A DNA stretch of 30,972 nucleotides, taken from assembly GCA_947572545.1 (NCBI GenBank), contig CANPCK010000008.1, positions 1 through 30,972 of the forward strand, in the 5' to 3' direction. How positions within the stretch are numbered: the first letter of the stretch is position 1; every line of letters starts with the position of its first letter. The position numbers were made by a program, and so were the translations under genes. Of the stretch, positions 20,374 through 29,230 are shown piece after piece. The stretch comes from an uncultured Clostridium sp. GTDB lineage: Bacteria; Bacillota; Clostridia; TANB77; CAG-508. Under the pieces are notes generated by a model that was given only the letters and a program-made list of their open reading frames with translations, searched no databases and was not told where the DNA came from.

Positions 20374-21593
20374 TGTGCTTATTGTAGCTCTAGTCCTTGT
20401 TTCTTTTACTATAAGTGGCTATTCGGCTAAACAAGATATAAATGATATGGCTTATGTAATTGCTATACGGTGTAGATGTTCGGAGAAACTAGTGATTTAA
20501 AGGTTAGTTTTCAATTTTCTATCCCTTCTAAAAACGGTTCTGGAGGTTCTTCTGGTGGATCTTCCGATTCTTCTGATACTGTTATTGATACAATAGAAGC
20601 GCCTTCAATCGAGTCTGCCATAAGTCTTGCAAATGGTTTTATTAGTAAAAAGCTAAACCTTTCTCATTGTAAAGTTCTAGTGATTTCTGAAGAAGTTGCT
20701 GCTTTTGGAATTTCAGATATTATTTATACTTTAATAAATAATGTAGAAATCAGACCTGATTGTAATGTGATAATTTCTCGTTCTACTGCTTATGCTTTTT
20801 TATCAGATTCTCAATCAAAGCTTGAAAGCATAACTGCAAAATATTATGAAATAATAGCTGCTTCTAGCAAAAATACAGGTTATACTGCTAATCTTACAAT
20901 TTCTGATATTTTCAATAGAATTTCAGATACTTATGGCGAACCTTGTGCAATTCTTCGGGTCTGTTACCTCTTCTAATAATTCTTCTGCTTCTCTTGCTGT
21001 TGATGCAGATACTATTTCTGGAGAAACAACTTCTAATATAGGCAACAATTCACGTTCTTCTACAAATATAGATGTTGTAGGTTTAGCTGTTTTTAAAGGC
21101 GATGCTTTAGTTCGGAGAGCTCACTGCTATAGAAACTATTTGTCATTTAATTGTTACTAACCAATTGGAAGAATGTATTTTTTCTATTCCTAGTCCTTTT
21201 AATGAAGACTTTTCTATTGATTTATTTATAACTCCAGATAGAAGTACAAAAAACAAAGTAAAAATTGTGAATGGCTCTCCATATATTTTTACTGATGTAA
21301 AGTTAAATGCTAGAATACTATCTGCTACTAAAAATTCTAATTATTTTGAAGGTAATAACTTAGAGAGTATTGAAGATTACGCTAATTCATATGTAAAATC
21401 TGAATTAGAAAATTATTTATATAAAACTTCTAAAAACTATAAATCCGATATTGCATTATTTGGGAGATATGCTGTTGGAAACTTTAAAACATGGGATGAA
21501 TGGATGTCCTATGATTGGCTTGACAATTATTCAAATTCATTTTTTAATGTAAAAGTTAATGTAGATGTTATTTCAAGTTATTTAATATCTTAA
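20357..21593 (+). CDS. Spore germination protein, Ger(x)C-family subunit (needs +1 at CGG 20468, 20481, 20956, 21113)
   Basis: A TTG start follows aaaggag and overlaps the upstream gene end. The signal peptide is LKKRLSVLIVALVLVSFTISGY. The joins are AI-G-VDV-G-ETSDLKV, CAIL-G-SVTSS and DALV-G-ELTAIETICHL. Confidence 0.8.
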
Positions 21594-21604
21594 GGAGGAT
21601 TAAT

Positions 21605-21770
21605 ATGGTTATTGTAATTTCAATTTTAAGTATTTTTGCATTTTTTAAAACCATTCGGATATGCAATTTATGAATATAAGGATAATGGAAGTAAATTAAA
21701 TGGAGTTATTTGTACTATTCTTGCTTTTATTGCTCTAATTGGTCCAATTGTAATGGCTATAATAAGATAG
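21605..21770 (+). CDS. Small (54-aa) two-TM membrane protein (needs +1 at CGG 21656-21658)
   Basis: The RBS aaggagga lies 7 nt before the ATG. The product is MVIVISILSIFAFFKTI-G-YAIYEYKDNGSKLNGVICTILAFIALIGPIVMAIIR. It is absent from the ORF track because of the break. Confidence 0.45.
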
Positions 21771-21781
21771 AGTTTTTCTAA

Positions 21782-21839
21782 AAGGAATAGCATATATAAT
21801 TTTTCTTACATCTATCGAAAAATATATATGCTATTCCTT
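21782..21839. terminator. 17-bp perfect hairpin between convergent genes
   Basis: The arms aaggaatagcatatata (21782-21798) and tatatatgctattcctt (21823-21839) enclose a 24-nt loop, with a T-run after. Confidence 0.65.
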
Positions 21840-21868
21840 ATCTTTTTATATCACTTAACATTTTAGCC

Positions 21869-23255
21869 TTATTTCTTTAAAAGTTCTTTGAAAGTTCTTA
21901 ACTCCATTTCAATAATTGGTCTCAAACTAAAAGTACAATTATTGTATGCATCTGCATAATTCCAATTTATAACTCTATATGTGCAAGTTGATGCCCAGTG
22001 TCCTATACGCCTACCATCTGTTTCTTCATTCCATAAAGTACTACGATAATAATTATATCCTGATGACTCATTTTCGTAATTTGGAACCTGACCAACAAAT
22101 CCGATCATACACGCTTGCTAATAGGAAATTATTAGCAACATAACTAGGCCAAGCAGGATCTATTCCTGGAAATGTCATTCTACTTGAAAGATAATATTTC
22201 TCATAGTAATTACCATTACTATCTTTTAATATAAGTTCTTCATAAACTGGATCTTTGAAGTTATTATTTTGTAACTGTTTATACCAACCATTATACATAA
22301 GTTCATAATAACTTTTTGCACTTGCTCTAGCCGTTTCATAGAATTCTGTTTGTTCACTGTTTTTTAATCCTTCTTGCATTACTTTTTTTCCGTCTATGTT
22401 GCTATATGCTTCATATTGCCATATATATGGGAAGTTTAAATTATTTGTATTCTTGCATGTTTCTGTTAGCATATGATATATTCCTGTACCATTAGATGAT
22501 ACTTGCTTTCCATAAGAACTTGTATTTGTATAATAGTCATCTTCTGGTTTCCATACTGTTTTGTCTAATACACTTTCTATATCATCCAAATTTAAGTTTC
22601 TTGCTACACTTCCTAGTTCTTCGTTTCCATAGCACCATGAGCATATATCATTTAATATTTTAACTCCATTATTGTATCCTAACTCTTTACTTAATGTTAA
22701 TTTTGTTGTTGTAGGCTTTTCTGATATTAATTTAACCTTTTCATCATCTATACTCCATACCTTCCATGATAAGTCTTCAGTTACAATTTTTACATCTTTT
22801 GTATCTCCTGTATGTTTTGTTTGTGCTATATATGGCCCCTTTTCTCCTTCTGTTTCTGGACTTTCTACTGCTTTTTGTGGCGTATATTGTATAGTATTTC
22901 CTAATAGTTCTTTTTTCTCTTCTTCTGTAAAACTTTCTTCTTCCTCGCCATTGTCATTATCTGTTTTCTGCCCATTTAATATATTATTTATTTGGTCTAC
23001 TGTACTTCCTATTAAATTTTCCGTTCCTTCTAATATTCTATTTTCATTTACCCCTTCTGCTGCATATTTTTGCGCTCCATCTATTGCATAGTCCACTATT
23101 TTTGTCCTATATACAACAATTATACTTACTGCTGATAATATTACTAAAATTATTATTGTTATTATTAATGCTACTAATGTTATTCCTTTTTCACTATGTT
23201 TAATAGGCTCTTTTGAACTTAGCTTGTTTGTTTTAACTTCTGTTTTATTATTCAT
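21869..23255 (-). CDS. Secreted or anchored protein with a prepilin-like N-terminus (needs +1 at CGG 22101-22103)
   Basis: The N-terminus ...HSEKGITLVALIITIIILVILSAV resembles a class III (prepilin) signal but lacks Glu+5. ORFs 22068-23255 and 21869-22108 join as ...ASVYD-G-FVGQVPNYENE.... The C-terminus ends FSLRPIIEMEL. Confidence 0.55.
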
Positions 23256-23434
23256 TTTGAAATTTATTCCTCTCTCTCCTAGGGCATAAAGTAAAAATTT
23301 TCATTTATATAAACATTTTTTAATATATCTATTTATATTTTACCATTTTATTGTTACGTTAAAATAACATTATCATGACATTTGTATTGCATTTTGTCTC
23401 AACATTTCATAACTTTTATAAAATTTCTATAACT

Positions 23435-23480
23435 AAAAAAACGATTATAAAAGTTTTATATCTACTTCTATAACCGTTTT
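23435..23480 (-). terminator. Terminator candidate after the ATPase gene
   Basis: On the minus strand the hairpin aaaacggttata...tataatcgtttt is followed by a T-run. Confidence 0.5.
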
Positions 23481-23487
23481 CTAAAAT

Positions 23488-25869
23488 TTATTCTTGTTTT
23501 GTATCTCTGTGCATATCATACACAATTGCATCTTCATTGTTAAATAAAAATTTATCATCTAAATTATCTGTTTGAATTGGGTTTACTTCATCATCATCAC
23601 TATATGAGTCAAAGTCTACTCTTCTTGGATCAAATCCAGATCTTCTCTTTGATGTTTCCATCGCACTTTCATTTAGGATTCCACTTTGGAATTTTGCAAA
23701 GTCAAATTTTTTGGACTTATGTGGTTCTTTATATTTCGAAGGCATAAAATCAAGCTTTGCAAGCCCTGTAAATCCTTTACCTTTATCATCTTTATATTTG
23801 AATGCACACCACTTAAATGTAAGTTGGTTTTGAAGTTTTGCAGGTTCAAACCAATTCTTATATGCATATTTAACACCTTTATAGTTGCCATAAGATATAT
23901 CTTTTGCTGTTGAATTTCCTCCAAGGAACTGATTTCCTTTCCCTTCTGCTTTTATATCCATATCTTGAGAATATACCCACATTCTTCTTGCTCCAAATTC
24001 ATCTACCCAAAAGTCTAATTCTTCTGGTGCTATATTTCCTACTACAATTTTTGCTGTACAGTTAGTAATAATTGTTCTTTGTGAAGTATCTGTGGCATTT
24101 AATTGTGCCATATTCTGTGTTGTAATAAATGTACCAACTTTATATTTTCTATATAATGTAATTAATCCAAGTGTTTCTTCACATAAGAAGTCTGGAAACT
24201 CATCAATATATAACATATGTGGTATTCTTGAATTTTCATTTCCTGGTCTTTTTAATACTGAACGTTGCATTGAAAGTAGGAAAAATAATCCAAATGCTTT
24301 TTGTAAAACAGGTCCTAAATCTCCTCTTCTAGTACATACTATAGTAATTTCCCCTTCTGATAATGCTTTATCAAAGTTTATATTGTTTGTTCTGTTGCAA
24401 AGTATATTTTTTACTCCTTGTATTCTAAGCAAAGCATCTAATTGTGTTATAGCTGTGTGCACAAATTTTTCGGTTTCTTTTCTCATTACACCTTCTGGAT
24501 AAAAATGTTTTCTAAAATATCCAAGTTGTAATTTAAGTCTTCTAGCCATCTCTTCATCTTCTTCAACTTTCTGACACATTTTTGCAACTACATCAAAATC
24601 ATTTAGCATATCTAGCATATCTTCAAGATTTGGAAGGTCTCCATTATTTAATCTTGGATACATTTCAGAAAGTAATATGGTTAGATTTTCTACTGCCTGT
24701 GCTGCTGAGTTTTGGAAGTATACTTCCTCTTCAGCTGGTCTTGTAGATTTGTATGTTACTGAAAGTATTGAAGATATTACTGCTGCAATTTCACTTGGTG
24801 CCCCATAAGAAAATGGATTTATTCCAATAGAATTCATATTATTTGGATCTACTACATTTAATTTCAAATTGAAATTTCTTACAACTTCTATCATTCTTTC
24901 TGTTGATTCATAATCTGGTGAAAGCATTGTTATTCCTAAATCTTTATATACTATTTTAGGTCCTTCACAATATATCATTTTATTAAGGTATGCTTTATAT
25001 AGCTTTTCCTTTTCTTGTATTGGCTCTAACATATTTAAACTAAAATTTTCATTCAAATAATCATTTGTATATGGGCAGTTTAATGTTGCAAGTCCTGTCT
25101 TTAATGCCGTAAATCCCATTTCTTTTGCTGCCTCTTTAAAGAAGTATTTTTTCTCTATATCTCTACCCATTATAGGTTCTAATACTAATGACGTTTTTCC
25201 CATTCCAGAAGATCCTGCAATTAGCATTGGTTCTGCTCTTCTATTATCATATAATTTAACTGTTTTACCTGTTTCTTTATCAATAGATATAATATTTTCA
25301 AAACTGTATGCCCCAGATTTAGTTGTTTTCTTTGATAAATCAATTCCATTGTAGTCCCAGATAGATTCTTGTATTAACCTTGTATCTGCAACTCCACAGT
25401 AGCACCACCAAAATACTGAATAGAAAGTTATCATTGGAATGTATAGTGATATTGCTTGAAATGCTGGTTTAATAACACTTGAAAATTCGGTTACTACTTC
25501 TATATAATTTGGCATTGAAAACAAGAATAACCATAACCCTGCATTTAACCATTGTGTAACCATTGAAATACCAATGATATAAAGTGCTATTGCATAAGAA
25601 TAAATTATTGCTAATTTAATTTTTCCTGAATCTGCATATTTTGAACGTCCTGAAAATAAAAATGCACAAACTGGGCATGCAAGTGCTAGTGTATATGCAA
25701 TTGGTCCCCAATATGAAACAGAAATACCTGTAAATATCATAAATAGCATTTCCACTACTCTATCAACTGCTATATAAGCTGTAAGTAATGTAAATATATA
25801 TGTGAAAAATGTATTTCTATCTGTTTTTAAAACCTTTAATAATTTATCAATATATTTCAAAAAGCTCAC
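23488..25869 (-). CDS. TraG/TraD/VirD4-like (type IV coupling protein-like) membrane ATPase
   Basis: It has about 5 N-terminal TM helices, Walker A IAGSSGMGKTS and Walker B HMLYIDEFPDF. The motif TFITTQNMAQL matches the (I/V)xQSxxQL motif of coupling proteins. The tail is acidic. The GTG start is uncertain. Confidence 0.65.
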   Translation of the reverse strand: MSFLKYIDKLLKVLKTDRNTFFTYIFTLLTAYIAVDRVVEMLFMIFTGISVSYWGPIAYTLALACPVCAFLFSGRSKYADSGKIKLAIIYSYAIALYIIGISMVTQWLNAGLWLFLFSMPNYIEVVTEFSSVIKPAFQAISLYIPMITFYSVFWWCYCGVADTRLIQESIWDYNGIDLSKKTTKSGAYSFENIISIDKETGKTVKLYDNRRAEPMLIAGSSGMGKTSLVLEPIMGRDIEKKYFFKEAAKEMGFTALKTGLATLNCPYTNDYLNENFSLNMLEPIQEKEKLYKAYLNKMIYCEGPKIVYKDLGITMLSPDYESTERMIEVVRNFNLKLNVVDPNNMNSIGINPFSYGAPSEIAAVISSILSVTYKSTRPAEEEVYFQNSAAQAVENLTILLSEMYPRLNNGDLPNLEDMLDMLNDFDVVAKMCQKVEEDEEMARRLKLQLGYFRKHFYPEGVMRKETEKFVHTAITQLDALLRIQGVKNILCNRTNNINFDKALSEGEITIVCTRRGDLGPVLQKAFGLFFLLSMQRSVLKRPGNENSRIPHMLYIDEFPDFLCEETLGLITLYRKYKVGTFITTQNMAQLNATDTSQRTIITNCTAKIVVGNIAPEELDFWVDEFGARRMWVYSQDMDIKAEGKGNQFLGGNSTAKDISYGNYKGVKYAYKNWFEPAKLQNQLTFKWCAFKYKDDKGKGFTGLAKLDFMPSKYKEPHKSKKFDFAKFQSGILNESAMETSKRRSGFDPRRVDFDSYSDDDEVNPIQTDNLDDKFLFNNEDAIVYDMHRDTKQE

Positions 25870-25934
25870 CGACCTTCTATAATAAAATTACATTTTATTA
25901 CATAATTATACATATATATTATGCCATAAATTCA

Positions 25935-25960
25935 ACAAAAAAGCAAGCCTTTTAGGCTTA
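25935..25960 (-). terminator. Terminator candidate
   Basis: On the minus strand the hairpin aagcct-aaa-aggctt is followed by gctttttt. Confidence 0.5.
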
Positions 25961-25983
25961 CTTTATTAAGTTCATCTTATTTC

Positions 25984-26922
25984 CTAATCTAACAACTTCA
26001 ATTCTGCTTCTTCAACTTTATATTTATTTGTTTGTTCATCTAGTTTAAATTCTATTAAAGTTTTTGATAGATTTTCTTTTACTTGTTTCAAGTCTGTTGT
26101 AAAATATAGTTTTATTTTAGTCATTTCTATTCTATTTAATGTAATTTCCTTAAATGACTCTGCTGCATGTCTTTCATCTTCACACACAATTATTAATTGT
26201 GGGATAGTACTAAAACCGCAATCTAGTGTTACAAAGTTATCATAAAAATCCTGATACATTTTCATTTTATCTATAAATTTTTTTTGCCATTCTTCTTCTC
26301 TTCTTACAACTTCAAATAAAAATGTAATTGATCTAGAATTTTTAGTAAGTGTTACTGATCCTCCAGTTGATTTAAATACTTTTCCTAATGTCTTTGCTTG
26401 TAAAGTTGGTTTAACTACATAATTGTCAAATGCTTTAACTTTTCTTAAATATGCAATTATCACTTGATTTCCTGCAAGTCTTTTCTTTATCATCGCAACT
26501 GGTTTTGTATTATCTGATTGTTGCCATTTACATTCGATTCCTCTAGATGTTAAAAGATATTTCCCCATTTTCTCTAGACAATAAATTCTATATATCCCTT
26601 TACCATCTTCTGATGTAAAATAGTATCTAGTTAGGATTTTTGACTTTACAAGTTGGTCTAGCTTATTATTTAATTTGTCCTGCGATTTGTATTCTATTCC
26701 TTTATAATCTAGCATCTGACATAATTGTCTTGATGTTATAAATTCAAATTCATTTACAAGATCAAGTATTGCAAAATGTAAATCATTTATATGTCCTAAA
26801 TTGATTTTGTGTACTATTTGATTCATTGAGACATATCCATCTTTTCCATCAAATGTTTTTATTTCTCCTTTTCTTAAAGCAAATGGCGATTTCTCAGCTT
26901 CGATTTCTTTATCTTCTACCAT
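25984..26922 (-). CDS. Winged-helix protein resembling the Replication-relaxation (Replic_Relax) family
   Basis: The N-terminal wHTH-like segment is LVNEFEFITSRQLCQML...LVKSKILTRYYF...IYRIYCLEKMGKYLL. The layout FLFEVVRREEEW...KMKMYQDFY...IPQLIIVCEDE matches that family's E-x-D-R / K-x-x-Y / P-x-h-h-h-V pattern. This assignment is from memory and no HMM was run. Confidence 0.4.
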   Translation of the reverse strand: MVEDKEIEAEKSPFALRKGEIKTFDGKDGYVSMNQIVHKINLGHINDLHFAILDLVNEFEFITSRQLCQMLDYKGIEYKSQDKLNNKLDQLVKSKILTRYYFTSEDGKGIYRIYCLEKMGKYLLTSRGIECKWQQSDNTKPVAMIKKRLAGNQVIIAYLRKVKAFDNYVVKPTLQAKTLGKVFKSTGGSVTLTKNSRSITFLFEVVRREEEWQKKFIDKMKMYQDFYDNFVTLDCGFSTIPQLIIVCEDERHAAESFKEITLNRIEMTKIKLYFTTDLKQVKENLSKTLIEFKLDEQTNKYKVEEAELKLLD

Positions 26923-26936
26923 ATTATTTCCTCCTT

Positions 26937-27426
26937 TTATTCATATATTAAAAGTTTAACTTTTTTCTTTTCTGGAATAATCTTCTTTATATATACATTT
27001 ACATCTTGCCCATATTCTATATCATCTTTATATTCTGCAAGTCCTACTAAATTTGGCGTTAATTCTATAAAAATTCCATTTTTTGCTTTTTCAGTCTCTC
27101 TTGCAATTCCTTTAACTACTGTTCCTTGTTTAAATTCTTTTATATTGTCTTCCCAAGTTCCAAGTAGTTCTTTATATGTAAAAGATACTCTATTATTATC
27201 TTTATCTACATCTTTTACCATCACTTTTATATCTTGTCCCATTTGAAATCTTTCAAATGGAGTTTTTATTCTAGATACTGATATATCTTCTATATATAAA
27301 AGTCCACTTATACCGATTCTTTAATTCTATGAAAGCTCCATAAGGTTTTATTTGTTTTACCTTTCCATCTACTATCATTCCTTTTGTTAAATCACTTTCA
27401 GATATATTAAATTTTTGATATTTCAT
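26937..27426 (-). CDS. Protein with two S1 RNA-binding domains (needs +1 at CGG 27313-27315)
   Basis: MKYQKFNISESDLTKGMIVDGKVKQIKPYGAFIELKN-G-ISGLLYIEDISVSRIKTPFERFQMGQ continues into track ORF 26937-27242. A 14-nt gap with aggagg separates it from the downstream gene. Confidence 0.8.
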
Positions 27427-27457
27427 TATATCTCTCCTTTATCTTTTGTACAAATAT

Positions 27458-27487
27458 ATTATACTACATATCTAATCATTTTTGCAA
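27458..27487 (-). promoter_or_regulatory. Sigma-A-type promoter of the S1 / Replic_Relax-like operon
   Basis: The minus strand reads TTGCAA, 18 nt, then TATAAT. The site is about 30 nt upstream of the RBS. Confidence 0.5.
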
Positions 27488-27582
27488 ATTTTTTATTGCA
27501 TATGCAATTTCTAATAATAATTTTTTAGATTAACAAGGTTAAATCCCATTGATTTATAAACTTAAAAGGCCTACTATATATC

Positions 27583-28304
27583 TTAAGAAATTATTTTTTC
27601 TATTTCTTCTTCTTTTAAATATCTCCATTCTCCAATTTTTAATGATTTTACACTAATTTCTCCAATCTTAGTCCTATGTAAAGCTCGTACTTTTTTTCCT
27701 ACTGCTTCACACATTTTTCTAACTTGTCTATTTTTTCCTTCATGTATAGTAATTTCCAGTCTTGATATATTTTGCTCTTTGTCTATCTTTAATATTTTTA
27801 CTTGTGCTGGTCTACTTATATAATTTTCTATTTCTACTCCTTTTCTTAACTTTTCTATTTCTTCTTCTTTTATTTCTCCGAATTAGTGTTACTGTATAAG
27901 TTTTCGTTATTTCATACTTTGGATGTGTTACCTTATATACAAATTCTCCGATCATCTGTTAAAATAAGTGCTCCTGATGTATACATATCAAGCCTTCCAA
28001 CTGGTACTATCCTTTTATTTATTTTTACTAGGTCTAAAACTGTATCTCTTCCAAATTGATCCTTTGCAGTTGTTACATAGCCTATTGGTTTATTTAGCAA
28101 TATATAAGTGTATTTTTCATTTTTATTTTCTATTTTTTTATCTTTAAATGTAATAGTGTCATTTTCTGGATTTATTTTTGTTCCAAGTTCTGTTACAATT
28201 TCTCCATTTACTTTTACTAAACCATTTTGTATATATTCTTCGCATTTTCTCCTTGAAGCTAACCCACAATTTGCTAAATATTTTTGTAGTCGTATTTCTT
28301 CCAT
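27583..28304 (-). CDS. RsuA/RluB-family pseudouridine synthase with S4 domain (needs +1 at CGG 27948-27950 and 27878-27880)
   Basis: The S4 domain has RLQKYLANCGLASRRKCE and the catalytic motif is GRLDMYTSGALILTDD-G-EFVYKVTHPKYEITKTYTVTLI-G-EIKEEE... Confidence 0.85.
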
Positions 28305-28307
28305 ACA

Positions 28308-29230
28308 TTATCCTCTTTCTTCTAATTTTTTAATAATTTCTTCAAAATATTTAGGCAAAAATGCTTCAATTTTCATTTCTTCTTTTTTAGTTGGGTGAAC
28401 AAATTCTATTTTTTTTGCATGTAACATTTGTCCTTTAACATTAAATGGATTTTTACCATTTGAATATACCATATCTCCTACTACTGGATAACCTATTTCT
28501 GCCATATGTACTCTTATTTGATGTGTCCTTCCTGTATCTATTTTTACTTCAATTAATGTAAATCCATCATATCTTTTTAAAACTTTGAAGTGAGTTATTG
28601 CATCTTTTCCGTTTTTTAGTAACTGCCATTTTTTTCCTGTCTCTTTCAGACCTTCCAATAGGCATATCTATTGTTGCTTCATTTTCCTTGACTTCTCCTC
28701 TAACTAATGCTATATAAGTTTTTTCTACTTTTCTTGATTTTATTTGCTCACTTATATCTATATGTGCTTTGTCATTTTTTGCAATAATTATAACTCCACT
28801 TGTGTCTTTATCCAGTCTATGTACTATTCCGTGGCCTTATTTCTCCTCCTATCCCAGATAAACTTTCTTTACATACATTCATTATTGCATTTACTAAGGT
28901 GCCATCTGGATTTCCATTTGCTGGATGTACTACCATTCCCTTTGGTTTATTTACAACTATTATGTCATTGTCTTCGTAAAGTATTTCTATTGGTATATTT
29001 TCTGCCTTAAGTGATATTTCTTTTGCCTCTGGCTTATTTATATATATTTTATCTCCTCTATTTACTTTATATGATGCTTTTTCTTTTTTTCCATTTACAA
29101 GTATATTTTCTTCGTCAATTAACCTCTGTACTGTAACTCTAGATATTTCTTTATCTAGAATTACAATACATTTATCTAGTCTTGTATTTGCCAAATTTTC
29201 ATCTACATTATATTCTTTATTATTCTTCAT
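28308..29230 (-). CDS. rluD: RluD-family 23S rRNA pseudouridine synthase (needs +1 at CGG 28829-28831 and 28609-28611)
   Basis: After the S4 domain come ...[26 protein letters not shown]...[17 protein letters not shown]...[11 protein letters not shown]. Confidence 0.9.

Noticed and set aside
21835-27450. I looked for att-like direct repeats flanking the ATPase block (ccttatcttttt at about 21835 versus cctttatctttt at about 27435).
   Set aside because: The similarity is only about 11 of 13 T-rich positions. That is expected by chance in this composition, and no integrase is present.
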